From Phycisphaerae bacterium (GTDB lineage: Bacteria; Planctomycetota; Phycisphaerae; UBA1845; Fen-1342): DNA of 64,000 nt. The number at the start of each line of letters is the position of its first letter. Positions within the stretch are counted from its first letter, which is position 1. The translations under genes and the position numbers were made by a program. Below are positions 20,787 to 29,071 of the stretch, one piece after another. Location of the stretch: assembly GCA_963675745.2 (NCBI GenBank), contig CAXXWX010000023.1, positions 128,001 to 192,000 on the forward strand. Direction: 5' to 3'. Under the pieces are notes generated by a model. That model saw only the letters and a program-made list of their open reading frames with translations, did no database searches and was not told where the DNA came from.

Positions 20787-20987
20787 ATGTTTGGCGGAAA
20801 CGTGAAGATTGACAAGCACCTGCTGGAGCGGGTCAAGAAGTACTCGAAGATCGCCGGCTATGGCACGCCCGATGAGTTTATCACGCATTGCCTCGAAAAG
20901 GAGCTCGAGCAGCTCGAAGCCGGCGAAGGTGGCGACGACGAACAGGCCATCATGGAACGTCTGCGCGGCCTGGGATACATTGAATAA
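20787..20987 (+). CDS. 66-aa protein: ribbon-helix-helix-like N-terminus plus RLRGLGY C-terminal motif
   Basis: AGGAG RBS then ATG. Sequence MFGGNVKIDKHLLERVKKYSKIAGYGTPDEFITHCLEKEL...ERLRGLGYIE. Confidence 0.8.
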   Translation: MFGGNVKIDKHLLERVKKYSKIAGYGTPDEFITHCLEKELEQLEAGEGGDDEQAIMERLRGLGYIE

Positions 20988-21023
20988 TCCGGGCGCTACC
21001 CGGACGGAGCGATCAAGCAACCA

Positions 21024-21860
21024 ATGAACGTCGTCCTCGATGCGATCACGTTTTTGATGAACGGCATCGGCCGGGTGCTGTTTGTCACCGGCGGATTCCT
21101 CTCGCCCGCGCTCACGCTGCTGTTGATCTCGCAGGTGCTCGCGATCGGCATGCTGTATCTGTGGCGGTATACATCCAACCAGGACGCGATCGCCGCCGGT
21201 CGCCGAAAGATCTCCGCCTATCTGATGGCGACGTTGCTGTTCAAGGACAACCTGCGCGTCATGTTCCGCTCGCAACGGGTGATTCTGTGGGAGACGCTGA
21301 GAGTATTGGGGTACAGCGTTCCGCCCATGATTGTCATGCTGATCCCGTTTGCGTTAATCGTGGCGCAGATCGGGTTGCGCTACGAGTTTGACATGGCCCC
21401 CACCGGCCGGACCATTAACGTGCTGGCGCAGCTCAAATCACCCGATGGTCTCGACAAGGGTGGCGACCAGCTCAGCCTGCCCGACGGTGTGCGCAGCGCC
21501 CCGCTCGACCCGGTCCGCGCCGCGCCGATCGGCACGGTTACCTGGCGCCTCACCGCCGACAATCCGGGGGTCTACACGCTCAAATTCGGAGACGGGGACG
21601 ATGTTGTCGAGATGCCGCTGGCGGTCGGCGATGGGTTCCAACGCATCAGCGCCGTGCGGGGCGGTGGCGTTCTCACGCGGCTGATGTACTCGGCGTTGCC
21701 ATCCATACCGGCCGACTCGGTCTTCAAAGAGATCCGCATCGACTATCCGAAACGCTCGACATCTCTGTTCGGGTTTGACTGGCACTGGCTGATCTGGGTG
21801 CTGGTGCTATCGATCGTCTTCGGCTTTTTGTGGAAACCGGTGCTGAACGTGCAGATCTGA
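21024..21860 (+). CDS. Membrane protein resembling the EMC3/TMCO1/DUF106 (Oxa1 superfamily) fold
   Basis: TM1, a basic helical hairpin, TM2 'PPMIVMLIPFALIV', a soluble beta insert, then TM3 'WLIWVLVLSIVFGFLWK'. The CDS is secure; the family call is inference. Confidence 0.55.
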   Translation: MNVVLDAITFLMNGIGRVLFVTGGFLSPALTLLLISQVLAIGMLYLWRYTSNQDAIAAGRRKISAYLMATLLFKDNLRVMFRSQRVILWETLRVLGYSVPPMIVMLIPFALIVAQIGLRYEFDMAPTGRTINVLAQLKSPDGLDKGGDQLSLPDGVRSAPLDPVRAAPIGTVTWRLTADNPGVYTLKFGDGDDVVEMPLAVGDGFQRISAVRGGGVLTRLMYSALPSIPADSVFKEIRIDYPKRSTSLFGFDWHWLIWVLVLSIVFGFLWKPVLNVQI

Positions 21861-21878
21861 TCCGCCGACGCAAGCTGA

Positions 21879-22535
21879 TTACGACCCGATCGGCGGCTCG
21901 TCGTCCGTCCGGTCGTCCCCATTCACGATTACGTCAAGTGCCACGCGCACCGCTTCAATCTGGAGCGACAACCCCATCGACGCCCGCGGCGACGCATCAT
22001 TGACCATCTGCACCGGCAGCGATGGTAGATGGATAAAGCCGACGCGCGTGTTGCCGGCGCGCGTCGCGGCCCAGTGCAACGCGCGATAGAAAACCAGGTT
22101 GCACAGATGGCTCCCGGCGCTGAGCGAGCGAATGCACGGGATGCCGCGCTGGCGAATGGCCCGCTGAATACGACCTACCGGCAGCGTGGTCCAGTAGGCG
22201 GCGGGGCCGTCGGACGCGATCGGCTGATCGGTGGCGACCTCGCCGGCGTTGTCAGGCGTCTCGAAATCGACCAGGTTCGCCGCGAGCCGTTCGATGCGGA
22301 CGGCGGCCGCCCCGCGCGCTTCGCCCAGCGCCAGCACAACATCCGGCTGCACGGCCTCCAGCAGCTCACCCAACACCCGCGGCGCCGCGCCAACCACAAC
22401 CGGGAGCACACGCGCGTGCAGTCGGAAACCGGCGGGGGGCTCGCGGTCAATGGCCCCCACAACGTGCGCGGACGGATTCTCCGGCGATTCGGCGAACGCC
22501 TCGAATCCGGTCAACAGCACAGTCAAATCAGCCAT
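21879..22535 (-). CDS. pcp: Pyroglutamyl-peptidase I (C15)
   Basis: LLTGFEAF, ERLAAN, SLSAGSHLCN, GFIHLP. Confidence 0.92.
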   Translation of the reverse strand: MADLTVLLTGFEAFAESPENPSAHVVGAIDREPPAGFRLHARVLPVVVGAAPRVLGELLEAVQPDVVLALGEARGAAAVRIERLAANLVDFETPDNAGEVATDQPIASDGPAAYWTTLPVGRIQRAIRQRGIPCIRSLSAGSHLCNLVFYRALHWAATRAGNTRVGFIHLPSLPVQMVNDASPRASMGLSLQIEAVRVALDVIVNGDDRTDDEPPIGS

Positions 22536-22620
22536 CGTCTATTGGCCCTGCCATCTGCCGTAGGTCCACTCCCCGCGGGGCACCCGGCCCGGCGGGGGAA
22601 TTAGTGATCCGGACATTCGC

Positions 22621-23211
22621 CTACAGCTTGTGGAGCAGCCGAAGAGCCTCTTCGCGCGTGCTCATGTTCTTTTGCATCAAACCACGCAGGGCCGACGTCA
22701 CCATCACCGAGCCCGATTTGCGCACGCCGCGGCAGGTCATGCACGTATGCACCGCTTCGAGCACGACAGCGCAGCCCCTGACCTTCAGGCGTTTGGCCAG
22801 CAGGTCGGCGATCTGTGACGTGAGGCGTTCCTGCACCTGCGGCCGGCGGGCGAAATCCTCGACCACGCGCGCGAGTTTCGACAGGCCCAGCACCTTGCCG
22901 CCGGGAATGTAGGCCAGGTGGGCTTTGCCCTCGAACGGCAAAAGATGATGCTCGCACATGCTGTTGAAGGGCACGTCGCGCAGTGCGACCATCTCGTGAT
23001 GATCCTCGTCAAACGAGGTCATCAGGTGTCGCTCGGGGTCCAGGTGCAATCCGGCAAAGAGCTCAGCATACGCGCGGGCCACGCGCGCCGGCGTCTCCCG
23101 CAGGCCCTCACGCTCGGGATCCTCACCGACCGCGATCAGGATCTCGCGCACCGCACGCTCGATCCGCGGCAAGTCCATGTGGGGCTCAGATTGTCCAGCT
23201 TCTTCCGGCAT
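22621..23211 (-). CDS. folE: GTP cyclohydrolase I
   Basis: [42 protein letters not shown]. Start is uncertain. Confidence 0.96.
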   Translation of the reverse strand: MPEEAGQSEPHMDLPRIERAVREILIAVGEDPEREGLRETPARVARAYAELFAGLHLDPERHLMTSFDEDHHEMVALRDVPFNSMCEHHLLPFEGKAHLAYIPGGKVLGLSKLARVVEDFARRPQVQERLTSQIADLLAKRLKVRGCAVVLEAVHTCMTCRGVRKSGSVMVTSALRGLMQKNMSTREEALRLLHKL

Positions 23212-23304
23212 TTGCACACCCAATCAGTCGCAGCCCACGTGGACATCAGCAGGCAAGCCCTGGCGCTACGAACGATAACCGTCACGGTCGCTTCTGATGC
23301 GGCG

Positions 23305-24825
23305 TTAGCGCACCGACTGTCGCCGCAGATACTCCACCAGCAGGCGCACGCCGAAACCGCTGGCCACCTTGCCGCCGTTGGTATCGTCGGACGCGACGGC
23401 GGCGATGTCCAGATGAGCCCACGGCATGCTGTTGTTGACGAATTGCTTGAGGAAGATACCGCCCTGGATGCAATGCGCGTCGCGCTTTGACGAAGAATTG
23501 ACCAGGTCCGAATCGGTGCCCACCATCAGCTCTTTGTAATCGTCCCACAGCGGCAGTCGCCAGAGGCGCTCGTGCGTCACGCGTCCACACTCGCCCAGCA
23601 TCGCGGAGAGCTCGTCATCATTACTCATGAGGCCGGCGGCACACTTGCCCAGGGCAATGCCAACGCCGCCGGTAAGGGTGGCAATATCGATCAGTGCCGT
23701 GGGTTTGCAGTATTTCTGGGCATACCAGAGAGCGTCGGCGAGCACGAGCCGGCCCTCAGCGTCGGTGTTGGTGACTTCAACGGTCTTGCCGTTGGCCATG
23801 TGGATGATGTCACCGGCACGGTATGCGCGGTCCGAGACCATGTTCTCCGCCGCCGCCACGAGGCCGATCAGATTGCACTTGAGCTTGAGTGTCGCCGCCG
23901 CCATGAGCACACCCATGACCGTGCAGCCGCCCGTCTTGTCGTACTTGAGGCCGGCGAGACCTTGCGACGGTTTGATCGAGTAGCCGCCGGTGTCGAACGT
24001 GATGGCCTTGCCGACCAGCACCGCGGTCTTGCGTGTACCGCGTGTCCCCCGATACTCCAGCCGGATCAGTCGCGGCGCGTGTTGAGCCCCCTGCCCGACG
24101 GCGATAAGCCCGCCCATGCGCATCTGCCGCAGGCGCTGACCTTCCACCACGGTGCATTTGAGTTTGTGCCTTGCGGCCAGGCGGCGCGCCTCGGTCGCGA
24201 GCGTGTTGGGTTGGATGATGTTGCCGGGTTGCTGAGACAGGGCCCGCGTGTAGTTGACCGCATCGGAGAGCTTGAGCGCCGCCTGCACACGAGGCATCAC
24301 GCGCGTAACATCCGCGGCCTTGCGCGCCCTGACGACGACGCGGACTTTCCTGGGTTTCTTCTCGTCGGGCTGTTTGTGCTCGTCGAAACGGTAGCCGGCG
24401 GCGGACATGCCGAGCACCCAGGCGCCCTCCGCATCCTCCACGCCACACGATACCAGGCCGTCGATCCACACATCCGCCGATGAAAGCCCCTCATTGACAA
24501 GCCATTGCGCGGCGCTGGCGGCGGCTTTGCGGACCTGGCGGGCGTCGAGCTGATCGCTGTCACCAAGGCTGACGGCAAGCAGGCGGCGGTATGACCCGCG
24601 ACAGGAGGAATGCGCCAAGTGGCCGACGTCTTCGTGCAGCGCCCCCACGTCCACCAGCCCGGACAGTGCGTCGTCGCACAGCGCATCAACGCGCGACATC
24701 AGCTCCATGGGCGGTTGAGGCTTGGCCGCCAGTGGCACAATCAGCACGGCGCCTGTTTTGGTGCCCTTGGTTCCCGCGGCAAAATCGAAAGCTGTTCCGT
24801 TGTGTGCCATATTGTCGCATCCCAC
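23305..24825 (-). CDS. pepA: Leucyl aminopeptidase (M17)
   Basis: VGKAITFDTGG, KYDKTG, NTDAEGRL, WAHLDIA. Confidence 0.93.
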   Translation of the reverse strand: MGCDNMAHNGTAFDFAAGTKGTKTGAVLIVPLAAKPQPPMELMSRVDALCDDALSGLVDVGALHEDVGHLAHSSCRGSYRRLLAVSLGDSDQLDARQVRKAAASAAQWLVNEGLSSADVWIDGLVSCGVEDAEGAWVLGMSAAGYRFDEHKQPDEKKPRKVRVVVRARKAADVTRVMPRVQAALKLSDAVNYTRALSQQPGNIIQPNTLATEARRLAARHKLKCTVVEGQRLRQMRMGGLIAVGQGAQHAPRLIRLEYRGTRGTRKTAVLVGKAITFDTGGYSIKPSQGLAGLKYDKTGGCTVMGVLMAAATLKLKCNLIGLVAAAENMVSDRAYRAGDIIHMANGKTVEVTNTDAEGRLVLADALWYAQKYCKPTALIDIATLTGGVGIALGKCAAGLMSNDDELSAMLGECGRVTHERLWRLPLWDDYKELMVGTDSDLVNSSSKRDAHCIQGGIFLKQFVNNSMPWAHLDIAAVASDDTNGGKVASGFGVRLLVEYLRRQSVR

Positions 24826-24939
24826 ACACAGACCTCCCCCATCCGAGCGCGCAGCGTATCATGAGCGCGCGAACTGTGGAAGCCTCGGCGTGGCACGTTC
24901 ACGAATACGTTGTGACTGAGGGACATGGGCGTCGCGGCT

Positions 24940-25584
24940 TCAGAAGACCTCGGCGGGATCGTCAATCACGCGATCCGCGCCCGCGGCGGCCAGCTCGGCG
25001 CGCGTACGAAATCCCCAGGTCACTCCCAGGGAGAGTGCCCCCGCACGGTGAGCCGTCTCCACGTCCGTCGGCGTGTCGCCAATCATCCAGGTTTCGGCCG
25101 GCGTGACGGCCAGCTCCTCGCAGATGCGCAGCAGATAGTACGGGTCGGGTTTGCGATGCGGCTCGGAGATATAGCCATAGACTTGTGCAAACACGCCGTC
25201 AGGCCAGAAACGCCTGACGACGCGGCGTGTCATCTCGTCTGGTTTATTGGAGAGGACGGCGAGCTTGATTTTGCCGGCGCGTAGTCGTCCGATAAGCTCG
25301 TTGACGCCATCATATGGCTTGGTATGTCGCAGTGGCCGCACCCGGTATCGCGCACGGGCCAATTCCGCCAGCCTGCCCACCAGATGTGGATGCGTTTTGC
25401 CGACCGCGCGCGTCGCCAGCTTCGGTATACCCTCACCCACCATGTATCGATAGCGCTCGACCGGATAGGTGGGCAGGCCCAGCAACTCGAGACACTCGTT
25501 GAGCGCCTCGGCGATATCGCGGAGTGAATCCACGAGTGTCCCGTCGAGATCGAAGACGCAAGCCTTCGGAAGTGCTGTCTGCAT
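24940..25584 (-). CDS. HAD-superfamily hydrolase (phosphoglycolate phosphatase-like)
   Basis: FDLDGTLVDS, LSNK, KPDP, IGDTPTD. Start moved to MQTALPK. Confidence 0.9.
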   Translation of the reverse strand: MQTALPKACVFDLDGTLVDSLRDIAEALNECLELLGLPTYPVERYRYMVGEGIPKLATRAVGKTHPHLVGRLAELARARYRVRPLRHTKPYDGVNELIGRLRAGKIKLAVLSNKPDEMTRRVVRRFWPDGVFAQVYGYISEPHRKPDPYYLLRICEELAVTPAETWMIGDTPTDVETAHRAGALSLGVTWGFRTRAELAAAGADRVIDDPAEVF

Positions 25585-25713
25585 GAGGGGTTCCGGTCGT
25601 GGGTGTCGCGTGGGCCGTCGCAACTCACTGGACGGCGACCGGTATAATAGCGATGATACAAACGGGGAACAATGTGGGCCCGCCCTGCCATCAGCGCGTG
25701 GGAGACTGTTCAA

Positions 25714-26958
25714 ATGAGATTACGTATCGCGACGCTGATCGTCGCCGCTGTCGCATGCAGCCTGCCTGCCGCGGCGCAACCCGAGGAGCTGGATCAGCCC
25801 CGCCGCAGCCGTTCGTTCTCCAGCATGCTGAACACGGACTTGCTGATTGACAACTACTCGCGCCTGCTGGCGCGCAAATACAAGTTGACCGACGATCAGG
25901 AAGCCTACACGAACGAGTTCGTGCGCGTGAAGGCGCATGAGTTCCTCGACAACCACCGTGACGAAGTATTCGACCTGGTCGACCGCATGTTCGAGGTGCG
26001 CGCGGGCGGGGACATGGATCAGACGGAGCTGCTCGAATGGGGCCGGCGCGCGTTGCCGCTCTACAACGAGGCCAAGCTGCTGATCATCGACGGCAACCAG
26101 GAATGGCGTGAGATTCTCGATGATGAGCAGAAGCTGATCCACGACGAGGACCTCAAGTTAATGCACGAAGGCTTCCAGATGAGCGAGGCGCATCTGGAGC
26201 GCGTCGTCACCGGCGAAATGACCGTGGAGGAATTCCGGCAACCACTGCGTATTCAGCCGCGCCAATCGAACACAACAGCGCGGCGGAGTGATGATGGTTG
26301 GCAAGGGGACCGGCACGAAGCCCTGCCGCCCCCGCCACCGGCGATAACCACACCCAAGGCGGCCACCGGCGGTACACAACCGCGTGTCGCGCCGCGACAA
26401 CCGGATGTCAAGAACGACACCGGCCGGGCCGCGCGGCCCACTCCCCGGCCGCCGGCCATGGCTCACCGCGTACCGGACCCGGGGCGCACGCCGTCCGAGC
26501 CACCGCCTGACCAGGGTCGGCGCACCGTTCCCACGCCGGCCGGCAGGCAGAACGCCGACTCGTACGAAAGCGATTGGGACAAGTACGTTGCGGTGTTCAT
26601 CGAGCGTTATGAGCTCAATGAGGGGCAGGCGCAGAAAGCCCACACGATTCTGAAAAGCTGCAAGGAGCAAGCCGCCCAGGTTATGCGCCGCAACCGCGGC
26701 AAGATCGAACAGTACGACAAGCAGATTGACGACCTGAAGAAGTCAGCGGACAAGAACGACAAGCAGAAACTGGCCAAGCTCACCGAACAGCGTGACAAAC
26801 TGCTCCAGCCGCTCAACCAGATCTTCGACAAACGCCTCAAGCCGCACCTGGAGAAGCTGCCTACCAGGGCCCAGCGCGAGGCGGCCGAGGCCAACGCCAA
26901 GAAGCCCAGGAGCAAACCCAAACCCGACGGTCGCGGCGGCGGAAACGCCGGCCCGTAG
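25714..26958 (+). CDS. Secreted helical protein with two LTxxQ-like domains and a Pro/Arg-rich linker
   Basis: Signal peptide MRLRIATLIVAAVACSLPAAA and GGAG RBS. A TATAAT lies at 25643-25648. Confidence 0.7.
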   Translation: MRLRIATLIVAAVACSLPAAAQPEELDQPRRSRSFSSMLNTDLLIDNYSRLLARKYKLTDDQEAYTNEFVRVKAHEFLDNHRDEVFDLVDRMFEVRAGGDMDQTELLEWGRRALPLYNEAKLLIIDGNQEWREILDDEQKLIHDEDLKLMHEGFQMSEAHLERVVTGEMTVEEFRQPLRIQPRQSNTTARRSDDGWQGDRHEALPPPPPAITTPKAATGGTQPRVAPRQPDVKNDTGRAARPTPRPPAMAHRVPDPGRTPSEPPPDQGRRTVPTPAGRQNADSYESDWDKYVAVFIERYELNEGQAQKAHTILKSCKEQAAQVMRRNRGKIEQYDKQIDDLKKSADKNDKQKLAKLTEQRDKLLQPLNQIFDKRLKPHLEKLPTRAQREAAEANAKKPRSKPKPDGRGGGNAGP

Positions 26959-27101
26959 CGCGGAGTCTCACAGCTCTTACAACTCATTCGCCGCCATCGC
27001 GACCGCGCGTGAGGCCACGCGCGAATCGCCCTGGCTCCGTCGCACAGGCGCGTTTCATCCTGACGGTTGGGGAACCAATAACATTATCGACTCCGACGCG
27101 G

Positions 27102-27166
27102 TGTGCCACGGCTCTGTGAGCCGTGAGGTTCGCGTCGAAACTGCACTGCTCAAGAGTGGTGGCACA
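27102..27166. repeat. REP-like inverted doublet (GTGCCAC-type)
   Basis: TGTGCCACGGCTCTGTGAGCCGTG ... CACTGCTCAAGAGTGGTGGCACA, with inverted ends and an internal palindrome in the first unit. Confidence 0.55.
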
Positions 27167-27222
27167 TCGAGAGTTGCAGACGGGGGGGGGACAGCCCCGG
27201 CCCCCGACTCACGCCGGGAGAT

Positions 27223-27256
27223 TCCGCCGACTCGGCGCGAGTCGGTGGGACTTTTG
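27223..27256 (+). terminator. Strong hairpin followed by a short T tract
   Basis: TCCGCCGACTCG-GCG-CGAGTCGGTGGGA then CTTTTG. Confidence 0.4.
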
Positions 27257-27355
27257 AAAACCCACTTGATATCGGGCTCTGCCCGGTCCTAGGAAATACT
27301 GGAGCAAGGGGGCCAACGGAGCCGGTCCGCACTTGGGCCGTCAGGGAGACAAGCT

Positions 27356-28033
27356 ATGTTGAAATTGGGCGTGCTGGCGCTGGTGCTGGCCATGTCGAGC
27401 GCGGCCTCGGCGGTCGTGGTTGACGACTTCACGGACGGCGGCATCAGCCTGACCGCCATCGATCTTATCGGACAAACGGAGAGTCAGGTGGGGCTCGACC
27501 CTAACACGGTCCTCGGCGGCGGACGCGACATCTACGTCGGCGCGACCGCCGGCGCCACTGTCGGCACACAGTTGGTCATCGACGATGTCGCCGGCGAACT
27601 CAGTCTGACGTCTGACCCGGTCCAGCGCGGCTACATGACACTCGAGTACATTGTCGCCGACGCTCAGGGACTCGATCTCACGGCGGAAGCCGGCAACGAC
27701 CGCATCAGTCTCGACGTCGTGAACGTGACGCAGGGCATTTCCAGCGGCGTTTTCGACCTGAAGATCGAAAGCGGCCCGTTGGGAAACACGGTGTCCGAAT
27801 CGACCAGCTTCGGCCCCGGTCGGCTCTGGGATCTGCCGGGCAGCGGCGTGGTGGACGTGCCGTACGCGGATTTCACGTCAACGGACTTTACGCAGGTGCG
27901 GGCGATCTCGATCGACATCGCGCGCTTCCCCGCCGACGCCAACCTGACGCTCGGCGGCATCGCGACGACGCCGGAGCCGGCTTCGATCATGGCGCTGCTG
28001 GTGCTGACCGCGCTGGCCCGCCGCCGCCGTTAG
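27356..28033 (+). CDS. PEP-CTERM sorting-domain surface protein
   Basis: Signal peptide and C-terminal TPEPASIMALLVLTALARRRR. Confidence 0.9.
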   Translation: MLKLGVLALVLAMSSAASAVVVDDFTDGGISLTAIDLIGQTESQVGLDPNTVLGGGRDIYVGATAGATVGTQLVIDDVAGELSLTSDPVQRGYMTLEYIVADAQGLDLTAEAGNDRISLDVVNVTQGISSGVFDLKIESGPLGNTVSESTSFGPGRLWDLPGSGVVDVPYADFTSTDFTQVRAISIDIARFPADANLTLGGIATTPEPASIMALLVLTALARRRR

Positions 28034-28061
28034 ACTCGCCCCGAGATCACTCAGCCAATAG

Positions 28062-28098
28062 AAAGCGGCCGCGATGCACCGATCGCGGCCGCTTTATT
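28062..28098 (+). terminator. Intrinsic terminator after the PEP-CTERM gene
   Basis: Perfect 14-bp stem AAAGCGGCCGCGAT/ATCGCGGCCGCTTT with a 6-nt loop. Confidence 0.75.
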
Positions 28099-28107
28099 GC
28101 GCGTGTG

Positions 28108-28221
28108 CGGCGCTGGGCCCAGATGATGCGGGCCTCGATGAAGACCGACTGCGTCCAGTTCAACACCCACCGCATGCTCGGCGACTAGGTCCGCAGGTAC
28201 TACCTCCCCGCCCACCGACAG
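28108..28221 (+). pseudogene. Fragment of an alpha-glucan (glycogen/starch) phosphorylase gene
   Basis: Translates as RRWAQMMRASMKTDCVQFNTHRMLGD*VRRYYLPAHRQ, matching the 'W..MM.ASM.....FN..RM...Y...YY.P' end of the GT35 catalytic domain. TAG sits at the conserved Tyr. Confidence 0.7.
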
Positions 28222-28256
28222 GGCACGTCGAGCTCAGCGAGACGTGGCGGTGCCCG
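28221..28256. repeat. Single REP-like unit, same family as 30591-30670
   Basis: GGGCACGTCGAGCTCAGCGAGACGTG shares the GTCGAGC..(A/C)GCGAGAC-type core. Confidence 0.45.
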
Positions 28257-28408
28257 GCAATACAGGCAGATCCCCCAGCGCGGCGGGTGTAAGCTCTCGC
28301 ATGCCTTGATTACCGATAACTGGAAGCCATAGGATTGGGTGGTCGTCGCCATGGGGTGGGCGCGGTCCGCCGGCGGCGGTGGGATCGGGATATCAAGGAG
28401 CCAGGCTG

Positions 28409-29071
28409 ATGTTACGCATCGTGATCGCGCTGGCTTTGTGCAGTGGCGCCGTGGCCGGCGCGGCGCCGTACTCCGTGTCATACGAGGGTAACGTACTGCC
28501 GGAGGATGACGGCTGGGAGCGCTTCCACGGCTACGACGATAACGAGGCCGATCGATACATCGACAACGGCGTGCTGGTCATCGATTCGATGCACGATGGC
28601 CAGGTTTACGACTACGTGACACACGACGCCTCGCCGGCGACCGCGATGGAGCCGGGTGAACTCCTTGTCGTCGAGTGGCGCACCTACTTGGCCGCCACGG
28701 AGGGTCGCGACGCCATTTTCGCCCTGATCCTTGGGGATTGGACCGAGGATTTCACGCTCGGGTATGACCACGTCCACCTGGGTTGGCTGCGAATCAACGT
28801 CCCGGTCACTCCGGAAGTGTGGCATACCTACCGCATTGAGATGACGCCGTCGTATTCATACATCTTCTTCATCGACGCTGAACCGCGGGTCCAGGCATCG
28901 CTGTTCGAGGTGCCGGATGACCGCGAGATCATCGCGTTTGGGGACGGCGCAATCGGTGCCAGGTCAATATCTCACTGGGACTACGTTCACTGTGACGTTG
29001 TTCCAGAGCCTGGAACGACGGTTCTGCTGCTCGTGTGCGTTCACGGGTGGATTCGCAGGTTTCTCACATGA
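28409..29071 (+). CDS. PEP-CTERM-like secreted beta-sandwich protein
   Basis: AAGGAG RBS, signal peptide, C-terminal VPEPGTTVLLLVCVHGWIRR. Confidence 0.8.
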   Translation: MLRIVIALALCSGAVAGAAPYSVSYEGNVLPEDDGWERFHGYDDNEADRYIDNGVLVIDSMHDGQVYDYVTHDASPATAMEPGELLVVEWRTYLAATEGRDAIFALILGDWTEDFTLGYDHVHLGWLRINVPVTPEVWHTYRIEMTPSYSYIFFIDAEPRVQASLFEVPDDREIIAFGDGAIGARSISHWDYVHCDVVPEPGTTVLLLVCVHGWIRRFLT

